In this document: one piece after another, positions 25,433 through 37,090 of the stretch
How positions within the stretch are numbered: position 1 is the stretch's first letter
Layout: the number at the start of each line of letters is the position of its first letter
NCBI RefSeq assembly: GCF_009834535.1
Contig: NC_045697.1
Span: 26,786,001 to 26,850,000 of the forward strand
Direction of reading: 5' to 3'
DNA length: 64,000 bases
DNA from: Camelus ferus
Lineage: Eukaryota
Program-made: the position numbers and the translations under genes
The notes under the pieces: generated by a model
What the model saw: only the letters and a program-made list of their open reading frames with translations
Database searches by the model: none
Told to the model about the DNA's origin: nothing

Positions 25433-25782
25433 AGATGGCCGCGGCCTCGGCGACCGACGCGGGCGCTTCCCGGCGCAAAGGGGCGCCGCACGCGTAGCAG
25501 CCACCACGCTGACCTCCCGCTCCCGCTAGCTGCAGCGCTGAGCTCCGGCCGAGAGCGAAGGCAAAAGACCAAAAGGGCAGGGAGCGGCGGCGACAGCGGC
25601 CCGGTGGTCCGTATGGCCGCTCTCCGCTGGCCGGCGGTGTGCGCCACGGAGCTCGCCCGCGGCGCCTGTGGCTCAGAGCGGCTCTAAGCCGCGCCGCCTG
25701 CGGGGATCGACCTAGCCCTTCCGCGGAGCCGCGGGCAGGAACCCGAGGAGCAGGAGGCGGCAGTTATTTCTCCCTGAGGGCG

Positions 25783-25933
25783 ATGTGGCCGGCCGGTGCG
25801 GGCATCAAACTGCCCTGTCCCCGGGACTCTGCGCTCCGGCGGGCGGCTTTCTCCGGGAACCTAACCGCCCTGCCTTCTCACCTCGTGCCCGCCGGCCGCA
25901 GCGTCCGGGTCTTCATCAGCGCCAACCCTGAAG
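25783..25933 (+). CDS. NWD2: NACHT and WD repeat domain-containing protein 2, coding exon 1 (151 nt, phase-1 end)
   Basis: Translates MWPAGAGIKLPCPRDSALRRAAFSGNLTALPSHLVPAGRSVRVFISANPE, which I recognise as the NWD2/KIAA1239 N-terminus; ends at a consensus donor AAG|GTAAGT; lies in a CpG island. Confidence 0.93.
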
Positions 25934-28374
25934 GTAAGTCCTTTGCTTGGGCTTGTCCGTCTGTCCTTCTATCCGTCTACGCGGGGGGAGCCGGAGAGAA
26001 TACCACGGCACAGCCGGGTACGCGTTCCCTGCGCTCCCTTTCTCTAGCTAATACCGAGGCTGCCTGAGCGCGTGGGGATTTGATTTGAGTCACTTTTCTT
26101 CTCCTCTCGCTCATCTCTTCTGCCTGCTGACTTAGACCCATTTCTCGCCCTGTGGATTACTTACCCCGGTTGGGCTAAAAAACGTCCGAGGCATTTGCAG
26201 ACGCTTCTGGAAGCTCCATCCTGCCACCCTCCACCCCCACCCCGTTTTCCTTTCCTTTAGTGGTTTCTTTTCCGAGGTTATCGTAAACGCAAGTAGTAGA
26301 TCCTCTCGCTCTCAGCCTAGGCAGATTCCTGAACGGGGGGGCTCCCTCTTTTGCCTCTTGTTCAGGCAGAGGCGAAGTGAGCAAGGGTTTCCCTGACGCT
26401 CGCCTCTTGCGATTGTGCGAGTCGTATCTTTTGCCTTGAGGAGGCCGAGAGGACCCTTGTGAACCTAAGACCCGCAGAGATGGAGGGGAAACGCTCTGTG
26501 GGGTCCCGGGACTGGCTGGCGCTCAGCCCGGTGCTGGTTTCGCAGTGGAGTGTTTAGGATGAGCTCATCTCTACAGTTGAGCCTTGGGCTAGATCACCCT
26601 GTCTGGAACTTGGCCTTCTCAGTCGTGTTTCTGCTTAAGGCTGGGCACCTGGTAGGCGCTAAATGAAAACTTGTTGAGGTATTGTATTCACAAACCCCAG
26701 CGGCTGATCGCTGGGTGGTCAATTTCTTGCTCATCGCGGCTTCTCAGTTCTCAGTTCTGAATGTTAACTTTCATTCCTACTAAGTGAAGAAGTGGGATGC
26801 ATTTGACTTAGGCTGGATAAAACTGTAGGGAATTGCTCTTTTCTAGAAAAATAGATATTTGGCCCCAAGATGAGTTTATTGGAAACTGAAATAGATATGT
26901 GAGATCTGAAACTAACTTGCTGCACCTTAACAAGCCTTGGGTCTGAAAAAGAAGTAAAAGGAAAAAAGAAAGTTAACACTTAGCCATTGGATAGAATCAT
27001 TTGAAAACCCAAGGCCCTGGTTGCTTGTGAAAAGCATTCAGAGGACCAACAAAAAATAACTTTCTAAAAAGTAGCTTTTCAGTAACTATTTCTGCTGGCA
27101 GAAATTTCAGGTAAAGTTCACATTATGACGAGGGGATTGGGGGAAGAATCAAATAGATAACCCACAGTGATTAATATTAGAACTACATACTTTTGAGGGA
27201 AGGCTTTAATCAGTTTACAACTCACTTTCACAGAACTTAATAATTAAGGAGACTTTTTGGAAGCCGCAGTACACTCTTTAAAAACCTTTTTATCGGAAAT
27301 GTTTTACAGGATTTTTTACTTAAATCTGGATAATGAAAATCATGGAGTTATGCAGCCTGTTTGAGGACCTAAGGAAATCTACCACTTAAGTTTTCAGTAT
27401 TGTTTTTAAAAATATTGTTAAAATAAAGTCTTTTTAAAGTATTTGAGGGAATTGTTAGAAAATATTCAGTCTTAAAATTTTTAATTTTCCTGAGCTAAAA
27501 AAAACCCTTCTACGAAGTGTTCAAAGGTGTAGATGTAAAACCAGGTAAATTACTACATTTCTCTTTAAACATGTTGCTTTTAAAATAACTGACTGAAAAT
27601 TCTGTTACCATTAGTAATTACTCTTTAAAATTGTAATTTCTAAGATAAAAATCAATGATAGTTTATATCAAGTCAGCTTAATATTGAGTTAATATTCAAG
27701 ATTAATGCTGTTTTTCTTAAGCCTGTACATGTGATTCTATAGTTTCTCCAGTTTCTTGACATAAAAACCTTACCATATATTAATCTGAGGAAAGCAAACA
27801 AGAGGGAGGAGCAGATCACGCCTTTTAGTCACTGAGCTGGGCAGCTTGTACATTGATCTTAAAGGACCAGATTGTGACTCTTACCTGAGAAATTGCAATA
27901 GGGGCAGGGCTTCAGATTTTATCCCAACTGGAGAGCCAAGAGTATATTAAATAGAAAAGACTGAGATGGGTATTTTTTTAGGGCCTGAACATGAAGCTTT
28001 GGAATCTTCGTAAATGCTCCGTCAGAGGCAGTACTTTACGGTAAAATCTTTATGGATACGGTTCAGGGAGCAAGTGGCTGTGTTTTGGTGTGATCCAATA
28101 CTAGACTGTTGGCCAATACTCAAGAGCCTCTCCACTGTCAAATTAAGACGAAGAACGTTATCTCATGCTTTCCTTTACAAGTGAAATCTAATTCATGCTC
28201 TAAGTAAAAGGCACTCTGTGTTGAACTCATCACAGTACTTTTACGAATCCAGCAAGGATCTCCTTAGATTCCCTTATAAGGCTTGTATGGACTTTCCCTG
28301 CCAGTAATTAAGATAATACATGTCTTTAGAATGGAAAAATTATTTTCACAGAGACTAGCTCGTTTAGTATTTTA

Positions 28375-28535
28375 AATTTGATTTTCATCCTCAAACCCTG
28401 TGAGGATGGTGAACAGAGGATGTTCTCCCTATTTTACAAGTGAGAAGACTGAGGCTGCACCAGGGTAAGCTAGTTGCCTGAACTCATATAGCAGAATGAA
28501 ACCAGCTGGAGCCTTCCGGGTGACTTGAACCATCT
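28375..28535 (-). mobile_element. MIR SINE
   Basis: 'catcctcaaaccctgtgagg...cctattttacaagtgagaagactgaggc'. Confidence 0.7.
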
Positions 28536-29194
28536 CTCTTGGTACTCTTTGGCCCAGCCTAGGTTCATGCTAGATTTCTCTAAATGTCTTATGCCACGTG
28601 GCCGAGAAAATCAGCCGGATATAGTAGACAGTGCTGGCCTTAGTCTTGAAACTTGATGGCCAGCAGAAGCTGAGCAGAAGGAAGGGAACATGGATGCCCT
28701 GACCCACTTCACCCCCACGAAAAGGTAGCTGTAGAAACATTCAAGGAAATTTCAGGGTGTTCTCAACTCTGATGGCCACATTCCTATGAAAACGTATAGC
28801 TCTGACCAGTCCCCACTGTCTGAAAGAGACAGAGGAACCATCATGGGGTGTGGGGGCAGTAATTGTCCCAGATGCTCTGACGTGGATAGGCCTTGGACTC
28901 CAACTAGTCCCACCTCCCACTCAAGGAACAATCCTGTCTGTGGCATCTTTATTAATCCTTGGAAGTTCTCTAGTCATTTAGCCACGGTCTCTGCCAGAAT
29001 GGCACTTACACCTCCTTGGAACAGTGGTTCTAAAGCACATATAAAACCCTCCACTGTGATTAGCCTGAATTGAATTGTCCATGAATATGCAGAGGAGAGG
29101 AGCCTGCACAGTTCTCTCCCTATCACTGAATTCCAAAGGGCCCGTAAAGTAATATTCCTCTGCTTCAATTCTAAACCAGTTGAGAGTAAGCCAC

Positions 29195-31277
29195 CGTCTT
29201 AGCTCAGGCTGCTGTAATAAATACCATAGACTGAGTGGCTTCAACAACAGATATTTCTAACAGTTTTGGAGGCTGGAAAGTCCAAGGTCAAGGCACGGGC
29301 AAACTCAGTTCCTGGTCAGGGCCCTCTTCCTGGTTTTCACATGGCCATCTCCCCACTGTCTCCTCATGTGGCAGAGAGGAAGAGCACTCTGGTCTGTCCT
29401 CTTTGTCTTATAGGGGCATTAATCTCACACTGGGGACCTCACTTTCATGATCCCATCTAAACCTGATTACCTCCCAAAGGCCCCACCTCCAAATACGTTC
29501 CCATTGAGGGGTAGGGCTTCACCATATGAACTGGGGGTTGGGGGGAGACAAACATGGAATCCATGACATTTTGCCCCTGACCCCCCAAAATTCACATCCT
29601 TCTTGCGTGCCAAATACACACATTCCATCCCAACAGTTGTAAAAGTCATCTTGTTCTAGACTTTAGACTTTGTTCTAAAGTCTAAAGCCCAAAGTCTCAT
29701 CTAAATAATAGATGAGACTCCAGGTAGGATTCATCCTGAGGCAGAATTCCCCTCCAGCTGCGAATCTGTCATGTGATTCCAAAATACAATGAAGGGACAG
29801 GCACAGGATAACCTTTCTCATCCCAAAAAGAAGAAATTGGAAGGAAGAAAGGGATAAAGGGTTCTAAGCAAGTCTAAAACCTAGCAAGGAAAATACCATT
29901 GGGTCTTAAGGCTCTAGAATAATCTTTTTTCCTTTGAAGCAGAAGCCTTTAAGCAGAAGCCATCTCCCCTGTTGAAGCCCAGGTAACTCTCTCCTCAAAC
30001 TTTGAAGCCAAAAAGGCAATCCTGATGATCTCTGCATCTCCTGTGGGGCTGTTCTTCCTTGGTCTGGAAAAATAATGTGTGTTCACAGGCAGTAGCCCTG
30101 TGGTCCAGTCCTAGAGGTCCTAAGAAGTCAGCCAGCCTGCCTTCCTGTCATCCTGTCTCCACCTAACCCCAGCTCACACCAGCCATGTTTCTGCTGGGTG
30201 GTCTGTGGTCCACTCACACCCATACTCATTTCCTTACTGAACAGCTATGTGACCACACCCTTAACATTCTTTTCAGAACAGACCTCCACATTTTTTGCAA
30301 TATGGATAGGTTGAAGGTTTTCAAGATCATCGAGTTCTGATTCCTTTTTGCTTAACAATTATTACTTCAATTCATCTCTCTCTCATTTTGCTATAAACTG
30401 TCAGGAGAAACCCAGCCACTCTCACAGTACATACTTAGAAATTTCCTCAGCTAAATAACCGAGTTCACTGGTTCTAAGTTCTACCTTCCACAAAATACCA
30501 GAGCACAGTTCAGCCAAGTTCTTTGTCACTTTATAATAATTACTTTTTCTCCATTGTCTAATGACCTCTTCTTCATTTCTGAGATATTGCCAGATGGCCT
30601 TTGCCATCCATATTCTGATCACGATTATTTATATGCTCTCTGAGGGGCTTTCTCTCCAGCCCTCTTCTTTTCTTCCTGAGCTGTCACCAGAGTCACCTTT
30701 AACCGTCCCTTCATGGCATTCTTGGCTATTTCTAGCATGCACCTCAAAACTCTTCCAGCCTCGACCCATCACCTAGTTCCAAAGCTGTTTCTGCATTTTT
30801 AGATGTTTGTTGCAGGAGCACCCCACCTCTTGGTACCAAAATCTGTCTTAATTTCCTAGGGTGGCCATGACCAGTTACCACAGATGGGCTTCCAACAACA
30901 GAACTCTAGAGTCTTATGATGGTGGAGTCCAGGACCTGAAATCAAGGTGTCATCAGGGCTGTGCCCCCACTATCGGCTCTGGGGAAAAACCTTCCTCTGC
31001 CTCTTCCTGGTTTCTCACCAGTTTATTTGTCCATGGGCTTGTGGCTGTATCACCCCAATCTTGGCCTCCAAAGCCATGTCCTCACGTGTAGAGAGGATTC
31101 TTGTGTCTCATCTTATAAGGACAGTAATCCCATTGTGGGGTCCCACCTTTGTGACCCCATCTAAACCTAATTGTCTCCCAAAGGAGAAATTTTCACCCCT
31201 CAAATACTATCACATTGAGGGTTAGGGCTTCAACTTATGAATTTAGGGGTGGGGGCACAATCCTTCAGTCCATAACA
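29195..31277 (-). mobile_element. Full-length MaLR provirus: LTR 29195-29568, MLT1-int 29569-30843, LTR 30844-31277
   Basis: Two LTRs sharing a terminal half ('catctaaacct..tt..ctcccaaagg...ttgaggg.tagggcttca..tatgaa') flank ~1.27 kb of MLT1-int-like sequence ending 'ccccacctcttggtaccaaaatc'. Confidence 0.85.
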
Positions 31278-31339
31278 TGTAAAATATAAAGCAGAAGAAA
31301 GACCATAGTATTGCCTTTATTACTAATAAAAGCTGAAGC

Positions 31340-31868
31340 AGGCCAGTATTCCCTTGTCTTTGACCCTTTGAGCCAGATGTAATTTCGCAATTCCACAATT
31401 TTTTAGATTTGGGGGAAAATGGTGCATATTGTTATTATTAATATCCTATAATCAGGTATGAATATGTTCCTAAGAAAACACGACTAGGTCAGTGTTGTGC
31501 AGTGGAACTTTCTCCAGTGCTGGAGGGTCTTTATCTGCGTTGTCCTCCATGAAAGCACCAGTTACTAGTTAGTTACTAGTTAAGGTGTAGAGCTTTTGAA
31601 ATGTGACTAGTATGATTAAGAATCTGAATTTTTAATATCATTTCATAACAGTTGACTTAAATAGGGTCATACAGCCATTGGCCACTGTGTTGGACACAGA
31701 GCTCTAAGTGGGGTAATAAGGACCAGAGCTTCTTGTCCGTCAAGGTCAGGTTTTGCCGCCAGTGACTCAGGTCACTTCAGATTTTGATGCCAGATGAATT
31801 GGGGGGAAAAAATTGTCTTCAACACTTAAGGGATTTTGTAATTGCAGATAAGGGCTATAGATCTTTAT
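31340..31868. mobile_element. Old Tigger-type (TcMar) MITE, split by MER3
   Basis: Degenerate inverted termini ('ccagtattcccttgtc' and 'gcagataagggctatagatct'); family assignment uncertain. Confidence 0.5.
31490..31700. mobile_element. MER3 (hAT-Charlie) MITE
   Basis: 'cagtgttgtgcagtggaactttctcc...ttgaaatgtgactagtatgattaagaatctgaattttta...ctgtgttggacacag' follows recalled MER3. Confidence 0.75.
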
Positions 31869-32759
31869 TGGGGAATGTGGCTTTTAACTTTAGGCTAGTG
31901 GGTTTCCTGGTACTGAACCTCAAAATTGCACAGACTTACCCTCCAGACACTACCAGCAATGGGCAAAGCACAGACTGCCCCTCCATCCAGTGAACAGAGT
32001 TGACCCCTTTAAGACATGGAGGAGCAGAGAAGAATGACAGGTTTACTTATAAAAGAGAAAGAAGGAGCTGGGCAGATTTTCTTTCCAAGTGCATCCATCA
32101 GATTAAGATGCTTCTCCCCTGAGGAATAAGTGCCGGCCCTGGCCCGGGCTGCTGGTGCATCTCCCTCAGGGTGTCAAGAGACATCTAGAGTGGAGAAAAA
32201 GATACTCTAATGCCTTTTGGGGGTACATCCCCCCAAGAACATACAGATTTATGCACTAGTCATCTTTGAGGGTTGTGCACTTTCGTCCACAATATTAATG
32301 ATCAGATGCTGAGTCCATTCCCACTTAGATTTTGCACTTTACTTGTCTTTGTATCTTCCCTGACTCTCTTCTCCATTCCTTTGGCGTCTTGGTAAGAAAG
32401 CTTATTCTCCAATTGGTAGAAGCCACAGTTGCTGCAGCCAGTGGCCATTTGCTTTAGCTTGTGCCCGCAGACAAGAGACAGATGTGCATCAAGAAATTCA
32501 TAAGAAACCTATGTGCTAATTTCCAAGCTCCTTGGTTTTTCATTGTTTTTAGGAGTCATTGGGGGAAAAAGAGTGAAGCATAGCAACACATATAGGCTCT
32601 TTTGATACTCCAAGAACATTTGTCAAAGTTAAGAGTCTTAAAGGAAAATATAGGAACTGCCATTTTACGATAAATGCCCTATGTGCATTTATAATAAATG
32701 AGTTCTAAAATTTTAGTGGATGAATCTTCAAGTCCTTCCACAAACATTATTTAAGCAGC

Positions 32760-33015
32760 AGAGTATTACATCCAAGTATAGACTTGAAAGCCAGAGTAGC
32801 TAGGTTTGACTTCTCCAGGTCACTATTTAATACAGTGATTCCTTAAGTACGTTGCTTTATTTCTTTGTTCAGTTTCATAATCTCTAAGATTGTAGTACCT
32901 ACCTCACAGGATTGCTGAGTAGATTAAATAAACTAGTAGATGTAAAGCACTTAGAACATTGCTGGACACTTACTAAACATTGTTTGCTGTTACTATCCTT
33001 ATTATCTTTATTATT
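32760..33015 (+). mobile_element. MIR SINE
   Basis: 'gtacctacctcacaggattgctgagtagattaaataa...tgtaaagcacttagaaca'. Confidence 0.8.
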
Positions 33016-33859
33016 ACTTTCCACTGTGATCCAGACACCGTGCAGGTATGGATATGCAGAAATAAATAAGGCCTTTCCTGCCCTCAAGGAATGCTATCTG
33101 CAGAGGCATCAGAGCTCAGTAGTAACAACAAAAACCATTCCAGATGCTTCAGGGAACTAAATATTCCCCCCAAGTCATTGTAAAGATCAGAGGAGTGAAG
33201 GTCATGAGCACAACTGGGCATTTAGGTCACATTGCCAAAGCTGTCAGCAGGAAACTGTAGAAGTCACTTCCAGGATCACAGCTGCTGCTGGGTACTGGGT
33301 AGCTGGCTAGCTTCCACAGGCATGCACATCTGCTGAACCCGTGGAAGGACCTCCCTGGCCCCCCTTGCCCTCCAGATCTCGTGCAGGTGTGTCCCTCTGG
33401 TAGAACGAGATTGCATTTGGACCCTGGGCCCCAAGGTAAAATGTGAGCAGAGCAATAGAAAGACAATTGAGGAGGAATGAGGGGTTAGGAGGGCTCCCCA
33501 GAGGAAGGAGTAGAGCCAGGGCATAGGAACTGTTCTACGTGGTAATTGAATACGAGGCAGAGTGATGGTGAGCTGTCTACAGGGAATAGAGTGATAATCT
33601 TTACTATTCAACAAAGAGCTTTTATCCTTTTGAATAAAAGTGGGGCTGATGTCTTGAGATGATGTTATCGTTTGTCCCTTGAAAGTGGCTCATTTAGAAT
33701 GACGTTTAAAAGAAAGCATGACTTGGACCATATAAGAGGTACACTGTATACAGATAGATTTATTGTTTAATAAATCTCCTGTGGATCTTTTAAAATTCTC
33801 GTTATACCACAGCAGTGATGCCATTTGCCATTTTAAAGGGTGTCTGCAAGTTTGTATAT

Positions 33860-34155
33860 TATGTTTCAGTTATCTGTTGCTGTTTATCAACTCACCCAAA
33901 ACTCAGTGACTTAAACCAGCAGCCATTTACCAGTTCTCACTTGTGCGTCTGGCTCTGCCTGCTCCTCCATGAGAGCTCATGCTCTCCAGCTTTTTTTCTC
34001 ATCATTCAGGATTCGTTACCGGGGACTGGCTTCCCCAGAGAAAGGAAATGGAAGCTGCCAGGCCTCTTCAGGCACAGAGGTCCCAGGATGTTGTCTGTGT
34101 GAACTGTTAAGGTGAGCCTGGAGTCAAAGGGAGGGGAAATAGCCCAACCCCCCAG
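33860..34155 (-). mobile_element. Old MLT1 (G/H/I-like) LTR
   Basis: 'tcagttatctgttgctg...cacccaaaactcagtgacttaaacc' and 'agtcaaagggaggggaaatag'. Confidence 0.6.
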
Positions 34156-36394
34156 TTATGTTGTGCAGTTTCCTTGACTTGCCTTTGTCATAATTACATT
34201 AAATGAGATAATACCTGAAAAGTGAGTAATACCTGACACAGAGCAAGTGCTCAACAAGCGTTACTGATTAAGAGTTATTGTTGTGATGATGATGAGTTGA
34301 GACTTGACAACAACTCTGTAAATTGCACCCTTCTAGAACCTCCCAAGTTCTAGAGCTGAGGAAAATAGACCAAAGAGTTTGCAGATAGGAAATCAAAGTA
34401 GCACCTTTTTTGTTGCTAAGGATAATAAGAGAGAATGCTTTTGTGCTTCTAAACACTCAACACCAGAATTAGTCAGTCTTCCTCCCACACGCTGGCAGCG
34501 GTGGGCCCCCGAGGGGTCACTCTATAAAACGCAGGGCCTGGGGCAGGGAGCAGAACCACGCTCTCCACAGACAGACAGGGGCGGTTCCCCAGGGGAAGGG
34601 GCTGAGCAGGCGGTCTGAGCTTGCCTGGCTTACTCTTCCCACATTTTCCCGTCAAATAAGTCACCCTTTAACTTCCTATCCAAGTTCTGGTAAATAGGGA
34701 GTCCAGGAATCTTATGCTCGAGAGGGAACTTCCAGGGAGGGGAAGAAGGGCTTCTCCCTGAACGCGAATATTCACTTAATTCAGTTTTAACATTTGGACA
34801 CAGTGGAAGCCTTTAATTACTCATTCAAATTAGATCTCTAGTTTGACATGGCCCGTATTGTATCATAGTGAGATATCTTAACACAAAGAAGAGAAGACAG
34901 TGAGCTGTAGGGCGTTACATACCATTTAGAAAGAGCAGCAACTATATGCAAACATCCCTATCAGAACATTTTTATAGCGCTTAGCATGGCCTTGGGAGAT
35001 GTCAGCTTATCTCTTGAGAAATAATTTGTTTTAAACCACTAAGTTTTGGGGTACATTGATACGCAGAGATAGACAACTAAAAAGTACAAACTCACTTTTA
35101 AAATGGCAAATGGTGAAATTTCTACAGAATAACAGAACTCATCTACAAAGTAATTGGGTTTGAGAAAGTAAGCTGACAGTTCTTTTCAACTCAGACTCTT
35201 TTAAGGGTCGTGATTTAAATAAAAGCAAAACTTGTAGCAGATGGTTCACAAGAATACATAGGTGCTGAGTTAGGTACAGTCTGAAAGGAAATGTGGTGAT
35301 GTCAACTTAGATACCTTTGTATCACTTCTTCAGAGTGTTAGCTTCCATCATATTTTTGCTATAATTAAAGAGAATTCATTCGACAAATTAAAGCTTGTTG
35401 GCTATTGTATAATTAGAAGAATTTGTGTGATACTAAGTTAATGAAAGAATAAAAAACTGCAGCTTTGGATGCAATTCAAAGGGAATGATACCCACTTTCA
35501 ATGATATACTTCCTTGAAAGCTCATTTTTAATCTAAAATACTTCAAAGACTTTGACATGGGTACACTCAAAACAGACAGCAAAGCTCAAATATCAGATGT
35601 CTTATTCCAAGAGTGATGATGGAATCGAACTCAGAAATGAAATCACAAAACTTGAAAGGGTATCCTTCATAATGCTTAATCTAATCTATTATGTGTAGTG
35701 TCATTCAGAGAGATTCTCGCCACTGAATATATCTCCTTCAGACTTTATTCTACGCATCAGCTGCAGTATTTATTATAGGCGTTGTATACAACCAAAGTCC
35801 TAACTGGCTGGTGTGAAGAGTTACTAGGAAAATACGAGCTATCTTCCACTGCCTTTATTTTTCAGACTCATCCATCTCAGAGGCAGGACCAACACAGCTA
35901 CCAACAATACAAACACTGACTGTGAGAGGGATGTTTATGTGCAAAGGCCAGTTGGACTAATTGGAATCAAACTGTCGTATCTGATATCCAGTCAGGGATG
36001 AGCTGGTCAAAATTAGTTAAAAGAGAACGATCAAGATGTATCAAATCTAAGAAATAGACCTCTCTACAATAGTGGAGTGGCCAGCGGGGAAACTGGTCCA
36101 GCTGCGGGTGCTGACAACCAGTCTTTCTACTGAGAACACCGAAAAGAAGACAGGAAAATAAAAGTTCCCTCTTAAGCCCAGGCTCACTCTATTCAGAAGC
36201 CCAAATAATCTATGTAAAGAATCAATTCTAATAACAATAAAAGGAATACGTGGGGAAAATGTAAAAAGATCAGACCTTCACACCTCTGAGAAGCTACCAT
36301 TTGTAGGTATTAATCTGCAAACTCGTGGGGGTAAGAGCATCATAAAATAGGAATTTCATGATTTAATGAAATCACTGCTGAACTAGAAATCTTA

Positions 36395-36868
36395 AAGTGT
36401 GAGACTTTTGGCACATGGCCCCCAGGTTTTTTTGGCACACCACCCACTAACAGGTGGAATTGATGCACCTTGAATTTAAACTCTGTTTTTGGCCAATAGG
36501 ATACAGAAGAAATGGCCCAGCACTGGGTTCTGGGCTTGGGCTTTTAGAAATTGGACTCTTCCTTTTCTGTCTTTTGAATCACTTGTTCTTTGGAACCCAG
36601 CCACCCTACTGAGAGACCCCTGGAAGAGAAGCAGCACCACCTTGCCAGCAAGGAAGGGGAGCTTCCCTGAAAGGAGATCTCCGCCCCCAGCAGAGCCCTC
36701 CTAGCTGACCAGTGCCGTAGGGAGTGGACACTCCTTCCCCAGCACACCCTGCCTGGATCACAGATCCAGGAGGAAAAATGAATGGTGGTGGTGGTTTTAA
36801 GCCAATGATTTTTATTTGTTATGCCTTTAAGGCCTTGATGTGGCTTGCCTGCCACAATAGATAAATAA
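36395..36868 (+). mobile_element. Old MLT1 (G/H-like) LTR
   Basis: 'ttggaacccagccacc...gtggttttaagccaatga...caatagataa' MLT1 body and end. Confidence 0.65.
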
Positions 36869-36899
36869 AGGTAGTAAAATAAAACAAATGTGCCATAGC

Positions 36900-37090
36900 A
36901 TGGACTGGTTAGGTGGAAGGATTCGGGGGGTAGATCTGGGTTTGTGTCAAGATTTGTTATAATTTTGGGTAAATCATTTAATTTCCTGAAGTTTCAGTGC
37001 CCCTCAAGCTTCTGAAAGTTGGGCATAATAATAACTACCTCACAGGGCTATCTTGAGAAATAACCTAAAACAATGCCTGAAAGATAGCGA
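36900..37090 (+). mobile_element. MIR SINE
   Basis: 'gggtaaatcatttaatttcctgaagtttcag...ataataactacctcacagggct'. Confidence 0.65.

Larger units (their letters stand above)
24550..26550. promoter_or_regulatory. NWD2: CpG island covering the NWD2 promoter, exon 1 and start of intron 1
   Basis: Sharp rise in GC and CpG density against the AT-rich flanks; surrounds the coding first exon. Confidence 0.9.

Noticed and set aside
24368..25647. Several overlapping Arg/Ala/Pro-rich ORFs on both strands
   Set aside because: Typical of stop-poor CpG-island sequence; no recognisable protein
25990..26015. RE1/NRSE-like motif 'ataccacggcacagcc' near the donor of a neuronal gene
   Set aside because: Lacks the TCAGC left half and has an extra base in the right half; too weak a match
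25639..26067. 142-aa ORF as a complete gene or N-terminally extended NWD2
   Set aside because: It starts at GTG in GC-rich leader where open frames are expected and reads through the splice donor at 25934; only 25783-25933 matches NWD2
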